IMG/VR virus record: IMGVR_UViG_3300028025_000091
Location: 1-64,000 of that record
Direction: 5' to 3' (one strand)
Length of the DNA: 64,000 bases
Source of the DNA: a virus
The stretch's first letter is position 1. Each line of letters starts with the position of its first letter. The notes below the pieces were generated by a model. That model did not search any database. It saw nothing but the letters and a program-made list of their open reading frames with translations, and was not told where the DNA came from. The translations under genes were made by a program, and so were the position numbers. Positions 38,979 to 48,744 of this stretch are shown in pieces.

Positions 38979-39601
38979 TGGAAACTTTTGCAATGGTAAC
39001 TACAATTGCTGTAGCGTTAATAACAGCAGTATTTGGCCCAATTATAGTAAATTGGGCTAGATTGAAAATGGAAAAGAAAACTAAAGTAACCCCAATGAGA
39101 GAGGCCCTAGAAGCCTCTACTTTAGTTGATAGTCAACTTGAAATCATTCTTGATGAATTAAAATGTGATAGGGTATGGTTACAACAATTCCATAATGGAG
39201 GCCATTTTTACCCTACAGGTAAATCCATTCAAAAATTCTCTATATTTTACGAGAAAACAACCCCAGATCTACCTCATCTGCAACACACATTTCAAAACAT
39301 CCCAGTATCTTTATTCCCTAGAGTGTTATCTAAAATATATCAAGATAACGAAATTGCAATAGATGATGTATCTACATCAGAAGATACTTATGGTTTAGAA
39401 TACATGACTACCAATTTTGGAACCAAATCAGTATGTATGCTTGGCTTATATAGTTTAGATGACCATTTAATTGGTGTGTTAGGTATTTCATTTAAAAAGG
39501 CTCATCATTTGAAAAGAGATGAATGGGTTCTTATTAGACAGAAAGCAGGAGTTATAGGAACACTAATTTCCGAATATTTATACGCAACAACTAAGAAATA
39601 A
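38978..39601 (+). CDS. N-terminal TM plus GAF-like domain protein (candidate T4 T-like holin)
   Basis: Single TM segment; LKCDRVWL.QFHNG...KS..........LIGVLGI GAF-like pattern. Confidence 0.55.
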   Translation: METFAMVTTIAVALITAVFGPIIVNWARLKMEKKTKVTPMREALEASTLVDSQLEIILDELKCDRVWLQQFHNGGHFYPTGKSIQKFSIFYEKTTPDLPHLQHTFQNIPVSLFPRVLSKIYQDNEIAIDDVSTSEDTYGLEYMTTNFGTKSVCMLGLYSLDDHLIGVLGISFKKAHHLKRDEWVLIRQKAGVIGTLISEYLYATTKK

Positions 39602-39619
39602 CTTAATATTTATAATAAA

Positions 39620-40207
39620 ATGGCAGATAATTTTGACCTAAAAAAATTCTTAAAAGAAAGCAAAGCTCTTGAGAATTTAAATCCTTCAATGAAATCAGTT
39701 AACGAAAACGAATCTCGTGAAGAGAGAGCTGACGTAGACAAATACGAATACGAAAAAGGAAAAAAAGCTGGTAAACGCGAAGATATGAAAGCAAAAATCA
39801 AAGAAATGATTGTTGCTGAATTAGCTGAAGAAGTTACTACTGATAATGCAGATACAGATGATGCAGCCTTAAATGCTGATTATAGTTTTCTAGCTGAAGA
39901 AGGTGAGGAAGTAGAAGAAGCTAAGAAAAAAGATAAAGAAGCTGATGTAGAAGACGTTGAAGTAACTGATACTGACGTTGAAGATGTTTCTATGGAAGAC
40001 GAAATTCCTGCTGAAGAAGCACCTGCTGCTGATGGCGGAATCGAAGACTTAGCAGCTGATATGAAAGGTACAGAAGCAGATCTTATGGACCATTTAATGA
40101 AAGCATTCCAGATTGCCAAAGGAATGCAAAATGAAAAACTTGAAACACAAGTAGGAAATACACTGAAATTCTTCGTTAGCGAATATATCGGTGGAGGTGA
40201 GCAATAA
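39620..40207 (+). CDS. Acidic prohead core-like protein
   Basis: Late promoter; D/E-rich with many (L/I/V)xE sites. Confidence 0.6.
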   Translation: MADNFDLKKFLKESKALENLNPSMKSVNENESREERADVDKYEYEKGKKAGKREDMKAKIKEMIVAELAEEVTTDNADTDDAALNADYSFLAEEGEEVEEAKKKDKEADVEDVEVTDTDVEDVSMEDEIPAEEAPAADGGIEDLAADMKGTEADLMDHLMKAFQIAKGMQNEKLETQVGNTLKFFVSEYIGGGEQ

Positions 40208-40231
40208 TTAAATCTATAATAAATCAAATCT

Positions 40232-40402
40232 ATGAACACAACAGAAATTTTAAACGCAATCAAAGAAGAATTAGTTACATTAGAGGCTGAACATGGTAAA
40301 ACATCTAAAGCAGCTCGTGGACGCGCACGTAGCGCAGCTAATTCAATTAAAAAATTGGCAGCTGAATTTAAAAAGACTTCAACTGCTGAAGACAAAGCTT
40401 AA
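40232..40402 (+). CDS. Hc1-like (Bacteroidota histone H1-like) small protein, 56 aa, not in ORF track
   Basis: MNTTEILNAIKEELVTLEAEHGKTSKAARGRARSAANSIKKLAAEFKKTSTAEDKA; KAAxxRARxA....KL..EF.K.S signature. Confidence 0.75.
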   Translation: MNTTEILNAIKEELVTLEAEHGKTSKAARGRARSAANSIKKLAAEFKKTSTAEDKA

Positions 40403-40404
40403 CA

Positions 40405-41184
40405 ATGAAACTACACGAGGCATTTTCACCGGAGGAGTCTAATAAAATATATTCAAACTTTTTGGCAATCGTAAATGATCCAAAACGTAGAGATAAATTA
40501 GTTAGAAAACATGGTGCAAATGCCGAGAATGTAGCTTATGGTACTGCTGTTAATCAAGTGAAACGAAAAGCAGCTAATACAATTGAAGAACCCCAACCTG
40601 AAGAAACAATGGAAGATTCTAAATTAAAAGAAATGGTTATTGATGCTTTAACTGAAAAGAAAAAATCATTCCCTGATTTGACCGGAGACGGTAAAGTAAC
40701 TAAAGCCGATATTTTAAAAGCACGTGGTGTTGAATTAGATGAAGATTTAGATCTAGGTCATCAAGATAATGAACCACATATGCTTAAAGCTGATCTGTAT
40801 CGTATTGGAAAATATGCTATGGAACTTTACAAAATGGTTGATCAGTTTGAAGGTGAACAAGAAGTTGACTTCCCACACTGGTGGCAAGCAAAAATTATTG
40901 AAGCCAAAGACATGCTAGTTTCAGCTAAACATTATCTTGATTTTGAAACAAAAGAATCTCAATTAGATGCTATGGTAGACGTAGCTTCAGAAGAAGGTGC
41001 TATTGACGAAAAATTAAAACCTTCTATGGGTGCAGGTGAATATGTTAAAGATTTTAGAACATCTAAAGCACCTCAATTTAAAGGTAAATCAAAAGCGAAA
41101 AAAAGTAAAATGGCTGTAGCTGCTTATTTATCTGCTAAAGATAAAATTAAAGAAACTATTTTAGCTAAACTTAAAAATAAATAA
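40405..41184 (+). CDS. Modular probable head-internal protein
   Basis: Short modules separated by LxE sites; DLTGDGKVTKAD EF-hand-like loop; DFRTSKAPQFKGKS module. Confidence 0.6.
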   Translation: MKLHEAFSPEESNKIYSNFLAIVNDPKRRDKLVRKHGANAENVAYGTAVNQVKRKAANTIEEPQPEETMEDSKLKEMVIDALTEKKKSFPDLTGDGKVTKADILKARGVELDEDLDLGHQDNEPHMLKADLYRIGKYAMELYKMVDQFEGEQEVDFPHWWQAKIIEAKDMLVSAKHYLDFETKESQLDAMVDVASEEGAIDEKLKPSMGAGEYVKDFRTSKAPQFKGKSKAKKSKMAVAAYLSAKDKIKETILAKLKNK

Positions 41185-41651
41185 TGGATAGCAACGAACT
41201 TAAAAATAGACTTAAGGTATTAGTTAAGCAAGTGTACTCCAATAGGACAGTTACACCTGAAGAAGCCGTTCAATATGATGAACTAACAAAATTCCCTGAG
41301 CTAAAAGCAGTTATCGTTGACCTATTAACCCCAGAATATGATAGCTTTTTAGCTTCAATTGATTGGGTTGCTCCTCGTCCTACTACATTCCGTATCAACT
41401 TAAAAAACGATCAATCATTTTATTTGATATATGGTAAACGTAGTTGGGTTGCTCAAGTAGCAGGCAAAAAATATTATTTACTCAATTTACCTGAAGAAGA
41501 AAGAGCATCAGAAGCGATTGCAAATCTTTTACGTTTTGGGGCTAAAGCAGCAGCTGAAGAAACAGGAGCAGGAATTGATAGTCTTGAAACTCCAGCTGAA
41601 ACTCCATCTGAAACACCACCAATCGAAACACCAGAAGAAACACCAGCATAA
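41184..41651 (+). CDS. Hypothetical protein with ETP-repeat tail
   Basis: ORF track. Confidence 0.7.
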   Translation: MDSNELKNRLKVLVKQVYSNRTVTPEEAVQYDELTKFPELKAVIVDLLTPEYDSFLASIDWVAPRPTTFRINLKNDQSFYLIYGKRSWVAQVAGKKYYLLNLPEEERASEAIANLLRFGAKAAAEETGAGIDSLETPAETPSETPPIETPEETPA

Positions 41652-43111
41652 TGGATATTTTAGAAAAATTCATTCGAAATATAGCTTACAAATTCCCTAA
41701 AGGATATCCTGACATGAATGATGATCAGGATATTTTGTTGATGGAAAACGAATTGAAAAAATTAGGTATTGACTTAACAGAAAGCTCATTGTCCCCAAAA
41801 GAATTAGAAAAACCATACCCACCTAGAAATGAATTTTCAGGTAAATATGCTGACCGAGGTGAAAGATTTTTAGAGAAAATATTACAAGGTAGCGAATTTG
41901 AATTAAATGACGGTTCTACTATTGTAATTGATCCTAAAGCATCTGCTGAATTAGTAGATGCTCTTAAAAAGAAACAATATAGTATTTTAAATAAAGGTGC
42001 TAAAGTAATAATTGGTAATGATGGTAAAGCATATGGTATAGCATCATTTAAGAAAACTGAAGAATTTGGTAGTGGAGCTGGACAAGGTGGTGGAGCCGCT
42101 AGTACAGCTGTTCAAGAATCATCTCAAAGTGTAGTTAATTCAATAGCATATAAAATAAAAAAAGGAAATATTACAGCAGAAGATTTAACTGATGCAAATA
42201 TTGACAAAGCATACGAATTAAGTGATGTATCTAGCACATTAGAAGAAGTTAAAGACTTTATCAAAAACCAAAAAAGTTGGACAAACACATTTGTTTCATC
42301 TGCTAACATATTACTAGCTAACTTCCAAAACCCAAATTTCCAACAACATAGAGGCTCTGAATTTGTAAATAAAATTTACGGAGCATTTGCTGTTGCTAAA
42401 AAAGAAGCAGGTTTATCTATGCAATCTGATAAATGGAATCCTGCAGATATTTGGATGGTAGATACTTCTATTTTAGGAATGGAATTTCCAACTGAACTAA
42501 CCGAATTAAACGCTACATTAACTGATTTATATTCAAGTAATAAATTAATCGGAGTATCACTTAAAAAAACAGGTGCCGAAGCAAAATTAGGTACATATAA
42601 TCTAAGTGCCGAAGATAGAGCAGGATACACTTACGAAGGATCCGATTCTAGACCTACCAATAACAATACAGTAATTCTATACAATGATGGTTCTATTACC
42701 TTTAGAACATTTAATTTTGCAGGTAACTTTGCAGGTGAAATAAAAGGTAAAACTGCATCTCATGGTAAAATAGGACAAGGTGCTATAAATGATATTTTAA
42801 GAGCATTTAAAATCGATCCATTACCTGCAGCCGCTGAAGTACAAACTAAATTTAAAGCAAAAGATCCTGACTTGTTAGATAATTTCTATAGTAATTACGT
42901 TAAAATTGTTGGAAATCTTCCAAGAGAAGAATTTGACAAAATAGTAGATGAAAAAGATTTAAACTGGTTAGTTTCCAAATATCTATCCACCAGCTTAGCA
43001 GCAAAAATTGAAGCCCAACCTGATAATATTCAAAATGAAATTATTTCAGATATCATTCGATATGCTTCATCCGCAACAAATTCTAGTTCAGTATTTGCTA
43101 AAATATCATAA
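41651..43111 (+). CDS. Putative PD-(D/E)xK restriction-endonuclease-like protein
   Basis: QE...; KWNPADIW...LIGVSLKK, a D..SxK variant. Confidence 0.5.
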   Translation: MDILEKFIRNIAYKFPKGYPDMNDDQDILLMENELKKLGIDLTESSLSPKELEKPYPPRNEFSGKYADRGERFLEKILQGSEFELNDGSTIVIDPKASAELVDALKKKQYSILNKGAKVIIGNDGKAYGIASFKKTEEFGSGAGQGGGAASTAVQESSQSVVNSIAYKIKKGNITAEDLTDANIDKAYELSDVSSTLEEVKDFIKNQKSWTNTFVSSANILLANFQNPNFQQHRGSEFVNKIYGAFAVAKKEAGLSMQSDKWNPADIWMVDTSILGMEFPTELTELNATLTDLYSSNKLIGVSLKKTGAEAKLGTYNLSAEDRAGYTYEGSDSRPTNNNTVILYNDGSITFRTFNFAGNFAGEIKGKTASHGKIGQGAINDILRAFKIDPLPAAAEVQTKFKAKDPDLLDNFYSNYVKIVGNLPREEFDKIVDEKDLNWLVSKYLSTSLAAKIEAQPDNIQNEIISDIIRYASSATNSSSVFAKIS

Positions 43112-43122
43112 TATTTATTATC

Positions 43123-44088
43123 ATGGATAAAGCACGTTTAAAACAACTTATTAAAGAAGTACTATCTACCCCTCCTAAAGAAAAATGTGATTGTGGTTGT
43201 GGTGGTTGTGACGGCTCAAGTAATTCTGGTGTTACACTAAATGAAAGTTTAGTTAAAAAAGATATATTATCGAAAAATCTGCGATACCACGTTGATAAAC
43301 AACTCCCACTTACCGAAAACACGTTCCGATATGGTTCCGAATCATTCCTTAATTTATGGGCAGAAGCTCGTTCATTATATTTACGTGAAATTATTCATGT
43401 AAACGAAGATGATAAACAGATTCTTGAAGAAACTGATTTAGGTAACTTTGGTTTATATGAAAATCAAAGAGTAGCTTTAGATATGCTTATGTTGGAGGAA
43501 GATGAAGAAGAACTAAACATAGGAGATATTATTGAAATTAACCCTAAAGAATTTCCTAACTTTGAATTTCCATACGGTACTGAAGGCGAAATTGAAGATA
43601 TAAACAAAGCAGATTACGCTAGTGACGATTTAGTCTATACCGTTAAAATCAAATATATTGATAGTCAAGGAGATGAAGCTAATACTTTACATATTGAAAA
43701 TTCATCTCAATACCTAGACGAAAACTCCCCAGCATATAAAGGCCCTGAAGGATATGACGATTCATGTGATTGTTATCCTGAGGATAAACTTGAAGAAGCT
43801 GAAGATAAAAAGAAAAATCCACCACTTGGAAAACCAAAACGTGGAGGATCTAAAAAATTCTATGTTTACGTAAAAAATCCTAAAACTAAAAAAATTAAAA
43901 AAGTTAGTTTTGGAGACACATCTGGTTTATCAGCTAAAATAAACAACCCAGAAGCACGTAGAGCATTTGCTGCACGTCACGATTGTAAAAATAAAACAGA
44001 TAAAACCAAAGCATCTTATTGGTCATGTCGTTTACCTCGATATGCTAAATTACTTGGATTAAAATCATCTTTTTCAGGATTCTGGTGA
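43123..44088 (+). CDS. Modular late protein with basic C-terminal domain (KKFYVYV...VSFG...ARHDC...YWSC)
   Basis: ORF track; late promoter; the C-terminal motif resembles an unknown-function domain of T4-like phages. Confidence 0.7.
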   Translation: MDKARLKQLIKEVLSTPPKEKCDCGCGGCDGSSNSGVTLNESLVKKDILSKNLRYHVDKQLPLTENTFRYGSESFLNLWAEARSLYLREIIHVNEDDKQILEETDLGNFGLYENQRVALDMLMLEEDEEELNIGDIIEINPKEFPNFEFPYGTEGEIEDINKADYASDDLVYTVKIKYIDSQGDEANTLHIENSSQYLDENSPAYKGPEGYDDSCDCYPEDKLEEAEDKKKNPPLGKPKRGGSKKFYVYVKNPKTKKIKKVSFGDTSGLSAKINNPEARRAFAARHDCKNKTDKTKASYWSCRLPRYAKLLGLKSSFSGFW

Positions 44089-44492
44089 TGGATAGATTAC
44101 AGAAACTTATTAACGAAGTTCTTGAAGAACAAAAAAGCAAACGTGACAGATGTTTACGTATTGCTGACCGTAAGTTTGATAAACCATCGGCTTACAAATC
44201 CGGTGCTGTAGTTAGATGCCGTAAAGGTAATATTTGGAAAGGTATTAAAGAAGAAGTAATTCGAGAAAAAGCTAAAGAAACTCTCCGCACTTGGTTCAAA
44301 CGTAAAGGTGCACCTGGTAAAAAAGGTGGATGGGTAGATTGCAATACTTGCCGTGAAGTAGACGGTAAAATAAAATGTAAAGCATGCGGCAGAGAAAAAG
44401 GAGAAAAACGTTCAAAATATCCTTCATGTCGCCCTACAGCAGCACAATGTAAAACACCTGGTAAAGGTACTAAATGGGGAAAAACAAAATGA
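44088..44492 (+). CDS. Basic Cys-rich hypothetical protein (PSAYxSG / LRxWF..GGWV..CGR..YPxCRP)
   Basis: ORF track (GTG at 44085 or ATG at 44088). Confidence 0.7.
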   Translation: MDRLQKLINEVLEEQKSKRDRCLRIADRKFDKPSAYKSGAVVRCRKGNIWKGIKEEVIREKAKETLRTWFKRKGAPGKKGGWVDCNTCREVDGKIKCKACGREKGEKRSKYPSCRPTAAQCKTPGKGTKWGKTK

Positions 44493-44914
44493 TTAAACTA
44501 CTTGAAATATTAAGCGAAGCTGAATCAAATAAATGTCCTATTCCAACTCAAAATATAGAGTTAAATTTGCAAAATAGACAAAAAGCAATTAATGAATATG
44601 GGTATGGGCCTTTAAACCCAAATGAACCAAATGAAAAATTTTGGCAATCCAAAGCAGATATGTGGCAACTTGATTCAGTAGAAGAAGCTAAAACTTCACG
44701 TTGTGGTAATTGTGCTGCATTTGATGTTACAACAAAAACTTTAGATTGCATAGCTAAAGGAATAGGTGATGATGAAGGTACAGAAGATCCATTTGACGTT
44801 ATTAAAGCTGGAAAATTAGGATATTGTAGAATGCTTAAATTTAAATGTGCTGCTGCTCGAACTTGTGATGCTTGGGTTGTTGGTGGTCCAATTACAGATG
44901 ACAAAACCATATAA
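44489..44914 (+). CDS. Cys-rich protein with CxxC...C...C (HiPIP-like spacing); start probably 44489
   Basis: RCGNCAAF...GYC....FKC....TCDAW. Confidence 0.65.
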   Translation: MIKLLEILSEAESNKCPIPTQNIELNLQNRQKAINEYGYGPLNPNEPNEKFWQSKADMWQLDSVEEAKTSRCGNCAAFDVTTKTLDCIAKGIGDDEGTEDPFDVIKAGKLGYCRMLKFKCAAARTCDAWVVGGPITDDKTI

Positions 44915-45161
44915 CGACATAGAAGTTACTGACAAATATATTATTCGTGAATTTAACGAAAATATAGACCCAATAGAACTTATGTGGCACCGTGATGATG
45001 AAGATAGAACCGTTGAAATTTTAAATGAAACAGATTGGCAACTTCAGCTAGATAATAGCTTGCCTACTTCATTAAAAGAACGTATATTTATACCAAGACA
45101 CGAATGGCATCGTGTAATAAAAGGAACAGGAACACTCAAGTTAAAAATACATAAATCATGA
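44898..45161 (+). CDS. Small cupin-like protein (start probably 44898)
   Basis: WHRD.EDR...IFIP..EWHRVIKG. Confidence 0.65.
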   Translation: MTKPYNDIEVTDKYIIREFNENIDPIELMWHRDDEDRTVEILNETDWQLQLDNSLPTSLKERIFIPRHEWHRVIKGTGTLKLKIHKS

Positions 45162-45508
45162 AATTAGATAACTTAAAAGAATTAGTAAAAGAAGAACTTA
45201 AACGTGCTTTAAATGAAGAAGGTGATGAAATTTCATCTATTAAAACTTTAGAGGATGCTATAGCTTTTTTAAATAACAACAAACAAAAAATTCTCCAAAT
45301 TGCAGATAAACATGCTGGGGATGTTCAAAAAATGCAACATGATATTGATGTATTTCTTCAACCATACCTTATAGACACTCCCGAATTTATAGCTAACAAA
45401 ATCAAAGCAGCTATCGGTGGTGCTATTAGTAAAAGAAACATTAAAAACACACCAGAACTTTCCCAAACATACGATAAACTAAAAAACGTAAAAGGATTTG
45501 TAGGATAA
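45158..45508 (+). CDS. Hypothetical protein with LKELVKEEL..ALNE leader
   Basis: ORF track. Confidence 0.7.
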   Translation: MKLDNLKELVKEELKRALNEEGDEISSIKTLEDAIAFLNNNKQKILQIADKHAGDVQKMQHDIDVFLQPYLIDTPEFIANKIKAAIGGAISKRNIKNTPELSQTYDKLKNVKGFVG

Positions 45509-45561
45509 AAATTTATAGACAGATTCATAGCCTGTCGACTTAAAAAAATTAATAGAGATCT

Positions 45562-45588
45562 GTGGCCTCCTTTGGGAGGCCACTTTTT
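45562..45588 (+). terminator. Rho-independent terminator overlapping a class II promoter
   Basis: GTGGCCTCC-TTTG-GGAGGCCAC-TTTTT; TTGG at 45572 and TTCGTATATT at 45591. Confidence 0.8.
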
Positions 45589-45617
45589 ATTTCGTATATT
45601 TAAACATAAAATAGATT

Positions 45618-46931
45618 ATGGACAAAAAAATAGTAATAGTAGGAGCAGGCGTTGCCGGTGTCAACGCTGCAACAAAGTTAGTGGATAATGGATATCCTGG
45701 AGAATTAATCACAATCATTGATATGGGTAAAGATCCATATAAACGTTTACCTGAAGAAGTAATGACAGGTTTTTTAGGTGCTGGAGGTTGGTCTGATGGT
45801 AAATTAACTTACCACACAGCAATTGGAGGCCAATTGTCAAAATATACAGGCGAGGATAAAGCAATGGAATTGATGGATCAAGTGATTACCAATTTCAAAC
45901 GTTTTCACCCTAAACCTGAAGAAGTACAATGTTCAAATCCTGTTGAGGAACCTGAATTTATTAAACCATATTTCGGTTTACGTTTATTCCCAGTATGGCA
46001 TGTAGGAACAGATTATTTATCTGAAATTGCTAAAAATTGGTACGATTATTTAGTTGATAATGGAGTTGATTTTAGATGGGAAACTAAAGTAACATCTATT
46101 AACTTCAAAAATAATCATGTATCGTGTGATATTTTAAATAGTGAATTAGGACTCCAGTTAGATTATGATGAGCTTATTTTTGGTGTAGGTAAATCAGGTA
46201 TTGATTTCGCTCAACAATTAGCCCAAGAATATGAATTACCAGATGAACCTAAATCAGTACAAATTGGAGTTCGATTTGAGGCACCACAAGAACATTTCCA
46301 AAAACTAATTGATATTTCATATGACTTTAAGTTATATAGAAAATTTGATGATGAAGGAGTATCGTTACGTTCATTCTGTACAAATAATAATGCTGCTTAT
46401 GTTGCTGTAGAAGAAACATATGGAGATCACAGTTACAATGGTCACGCTAAAAAAGACGAAGCATATAGAAACAATATGACTAACTTTGGTATATTAATGG
46501 AAATTAATGGTATTGAAGATCCATTTACTTGGTCACGTGATGTAGTAAATAAAGTACAGGCAAACGGAACTGGTTTGTATTATAGCCCATCTCGTACACC
46601 ATCAACTACATCTGAAGGTAATAATGTAACTTCAACACAAATCAGTTTAGATACACTTACTCATGTTGTAGAACCTGCAATGGGTGGTTATTTCAAATAC
46701 GTTATGGACTTTATCATGGATATGAAAAAAGTATTCCCTACACTTGGAGACGATTGGGGAATGTATATTCCTGAAGTAAAATATTTGTCACCTGAGGTAA
46801 AAGTAGATTATAGTAATCTTAGTCTAATCGATTATCCTAACGTACATTTCGTAGGTGATGCTTTAAGTGCACGTGGTATTACAGTGTCGGGAGCGCAAGC
46901 AATTTATGTAGCAGAAAGTTTTTTAAAATAA
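45618..46931 (+). CDS. FAD-dependent oxidoreductase (uncharacterised COG2509-like family)
   Basis: GAGVAG Rossmann motif, GAGGWSDGKL, HVGTD, IGVRFE, RSFC.N, FVGD...RGI. Confidence 0.85.
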   Translation: MDKKIVIVGAGVAGVNAATKLVDNGYPGELITIIDMGKDPYKRLPEEVMTGFLGAGGWSDGKLTYHTAIGGQLSKYTGEDKAMELMDQVITNFKRFHPKPEEVQCSNPVEEPEFIKPYFGLRLFPVWHVGTDYLSEIAKNWYDYLVDNGVDFRWETKVTSINFKNNHVSCDILNSELGLQLDYDELIFGVGKSGIDFAQQLAQEYELPDEPKSVQIGVRFEAPQEHFQKLIDISYDFKLYRKFDDEGVSLRSFCTNNNAAYVAVEETYGDHSYNGHAKKDEAYRNNMTNFGILMEINGIEDPFTWSRDVVNKVQANGTGLYYSPSRTPSTTSEGNNVTSTQISLDTLTHVVEPAMGGYFKYVMDFIMDMKKVFPTLGDDWGMYIPEVKYLSPEVKVDYSNLSLIDYPNVHFVGDALSARGITVSGAQAIYVAESFLK

Positions 46932-46936
46932 AAGTT

Positions 46937-47467
46937 ATGAAAATAGGATTTACAGGAACAATGTCAGTTGGTAAAACAACATTAGTTAATGCATTAAAGG
47001 AATTACCTGAATTTGCTGAATATGAGTTTAGAACTGAGCGTTCAAAATATTTACGTGATATGGGTATTCCATTGAATACTGATTCAACATTAAAAGGTCA
47101 AATTATTTTCTTTGCTGAACGTTCAAGTGAATTATTTCACAATGATATGATTACTGATCGTACTGTGATTGATGTAATGGCGTTTACGCGTTTAGCTAAA
47201 TCGATTCCATATTTTATGGCAGACGCATTGAATGATGCTGTATCGCATTTAATACGCGAATATGATTATATTTTTTATATTTCACCTGAAGGTGTAGAAT
47301 TAGAAGATAATGGTGTTCGTACTATAGATGCAAAGTATAGAAATGAAATTGATAAAGAAATTCAAAAGTTGATTTTGAAACATAAAAGTAAATTTAAATC
47401 ATATCATGAATTATCGGGTACTACCGAGGAGAGAATTGAGAAAATTAAACAAGTAATGTCCCTTTAA
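46937..47467 (+). CDS. NadR/AAA_28-like P-loop nucleotide kinase
   Basis: GTMSVGKTT, DRTVID, YDYIFY, EDNGVR. Confidence 0.8.
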   Translation: MKIGFTGTMSVGKTTLVNALKELPEFAEYEFRTERSKYLRDMGIPLNTDSTLKGQIIFFAERSSELFHNDMITDRTVIDVMAFTRLAKSIPYFMADALNDAVSHLIREYDYIFYISPEGVELEDNGVRTIDAKYRNEIDKEIQKLILKHKSKFKSYHELSGTTEERIEKIKQVMSL

Positions 47468-47488
47468 TATTTATCAATAAACTACAAA

Positions 47489-48382
47489 ATGAAAAAAGAT
47501 CGTTTACTTGAAATTATACGTGAAGAAATCAACGAAGCATTAAATGTACTAATAACCAATAAAAAAGGTGAAACTACCACAATGCCATATAATACTCCAG
47601 ATGAAAAAAAATCAGTAATGAATCTTAAACAAGATAATAACATTACAAATATTGAAACTACTGCGGGTCAAAATATTAAAGAGGAAGAAAAAGTAAAAAA
47701 ATTAGCTGAAAAATACCAACTTGATGAAGAAACCATCAATGAAATGGCTAGTATTAAACAGTTAAAAAGTGAATTAGCAAGACAAGGAAAAGAAGCTGAA
47801 TTGAAAGCTGTTGCTGATGCCGAACGTGCTGCTTTAGATACTTTAAAAGCAGACCCTACAATTACCCCAGACGGGCGATTAAAAGGATATGTTCCTACAC
47901 TTAAAAAAGAATTGTTAAATACACACAATATTAAATTACAAGATTTATTATCTAAAGTAGCTGGAAAAGCTGAAGATGATGGTGTGAAATTTAGCAGTGA
48001 TATCGCTACTAACACTATTGAAAAAGATGCTGCTAATCAATTAACCGGAAAAGAAGCTGGTCAACGTGGTAGAAAAGCAACTGAAAAACCAGCTAAAGCA
48101 GAAAAAGCACCTAAAGTAGAACCTAAAAAATCAGAATCTACAGATGACGAAGATGTGGAAGCGGTAAAAGCAGCAGGTAGCGACGAAACAGCAAAAGAAT
48201 TAGGTAGCACACCTGAAGAAAAAAAAGTAAAATTCAACCAATTTCTAGCATCCGTTAAGAAAAATAAAGACGATAAAGCTAAAATTGATGGTATTTTAAA
48301 ATTAGCAAAAGATAAATTTAAATTTGCTAAAACAATGATGGATGATTTAAAACGTGCTGCTGGTAGAGAAGTAGAAGCGTAA
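47489..48382 (+). CDS. Charged probable head-internal protein
   Basis: Late promoter; LLEIIREEINE leader; contains RGRK. Confidence 0.6.
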   Translation: MKKDRLLEIIREEINEALNVLITNKKGETTTMPYNTPDEKKSVMNLKQDNNITNIETTAGQNIKEEEKVKKLAEKYQLDEETINEMASIKQLKSELARQGKEAELKAVADAERAALDTLKADPTITPDGRLKGYVPTLKKELLNTHNIKLQDLLSKVAGKAEDDGVKFSSDIATNTIEKDAANQLTGKEAGQRGRKATEKPAKAEKAPKVEPKKSESTDDEDVEAVKAAGSDETAKELGSTPEEKKVKFNQFLASVKKNKDDKAKIDGILKLAKDKFKFAKTMMDDLKRAAGREVEA

Positions 48383-48744
48383 TGAAAGATAAAACATTTA
48401 AAATAAAGTTATCCCATCTTATCATAGGTGGGATACTTTTATTGTTACTTATATTTTTAGTTAAATGTAAACCTACTACTACCTTAACCGTAGACAAATA
48501 CGCTAAAGAAAAAAAAGAAATTGATAGTTTACAACACAATATTTTCTTGTTAAAAGAAGGTCAACGTATACTAACTAACAATGTTAATAAACAAGTTATA
48601 GTAATTGATTCATTAGAAGAAGAAATCATTATCACAGAAAAAGAGCTAACACAAACACGCACATACTATGGCAACAAAATTAAGGATCTTACTAGTGCTT
48701 CTGATACTGAGCTTGAACAGTTTTTCACAAATCGATACCAATAG
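48382..48744 (+). CDS. Membrane-anchored coiled-coil protein (candidate spanin subunit)
   Basis: N-terminal hydrophobic helix ending LVKC; coiled coil. Confidence 0.5.
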   Translation: MKDKTFKIKLSHLIIGGILLLLLIFLVKCKPTTTLTVDKYAKEKKEIDSLQHNIFLLKEGQRILTNNVNKQVIVIDSLEEEIIITEKELTQTRTYYGNKIKDLTSASDTELEQFFTNRYQ

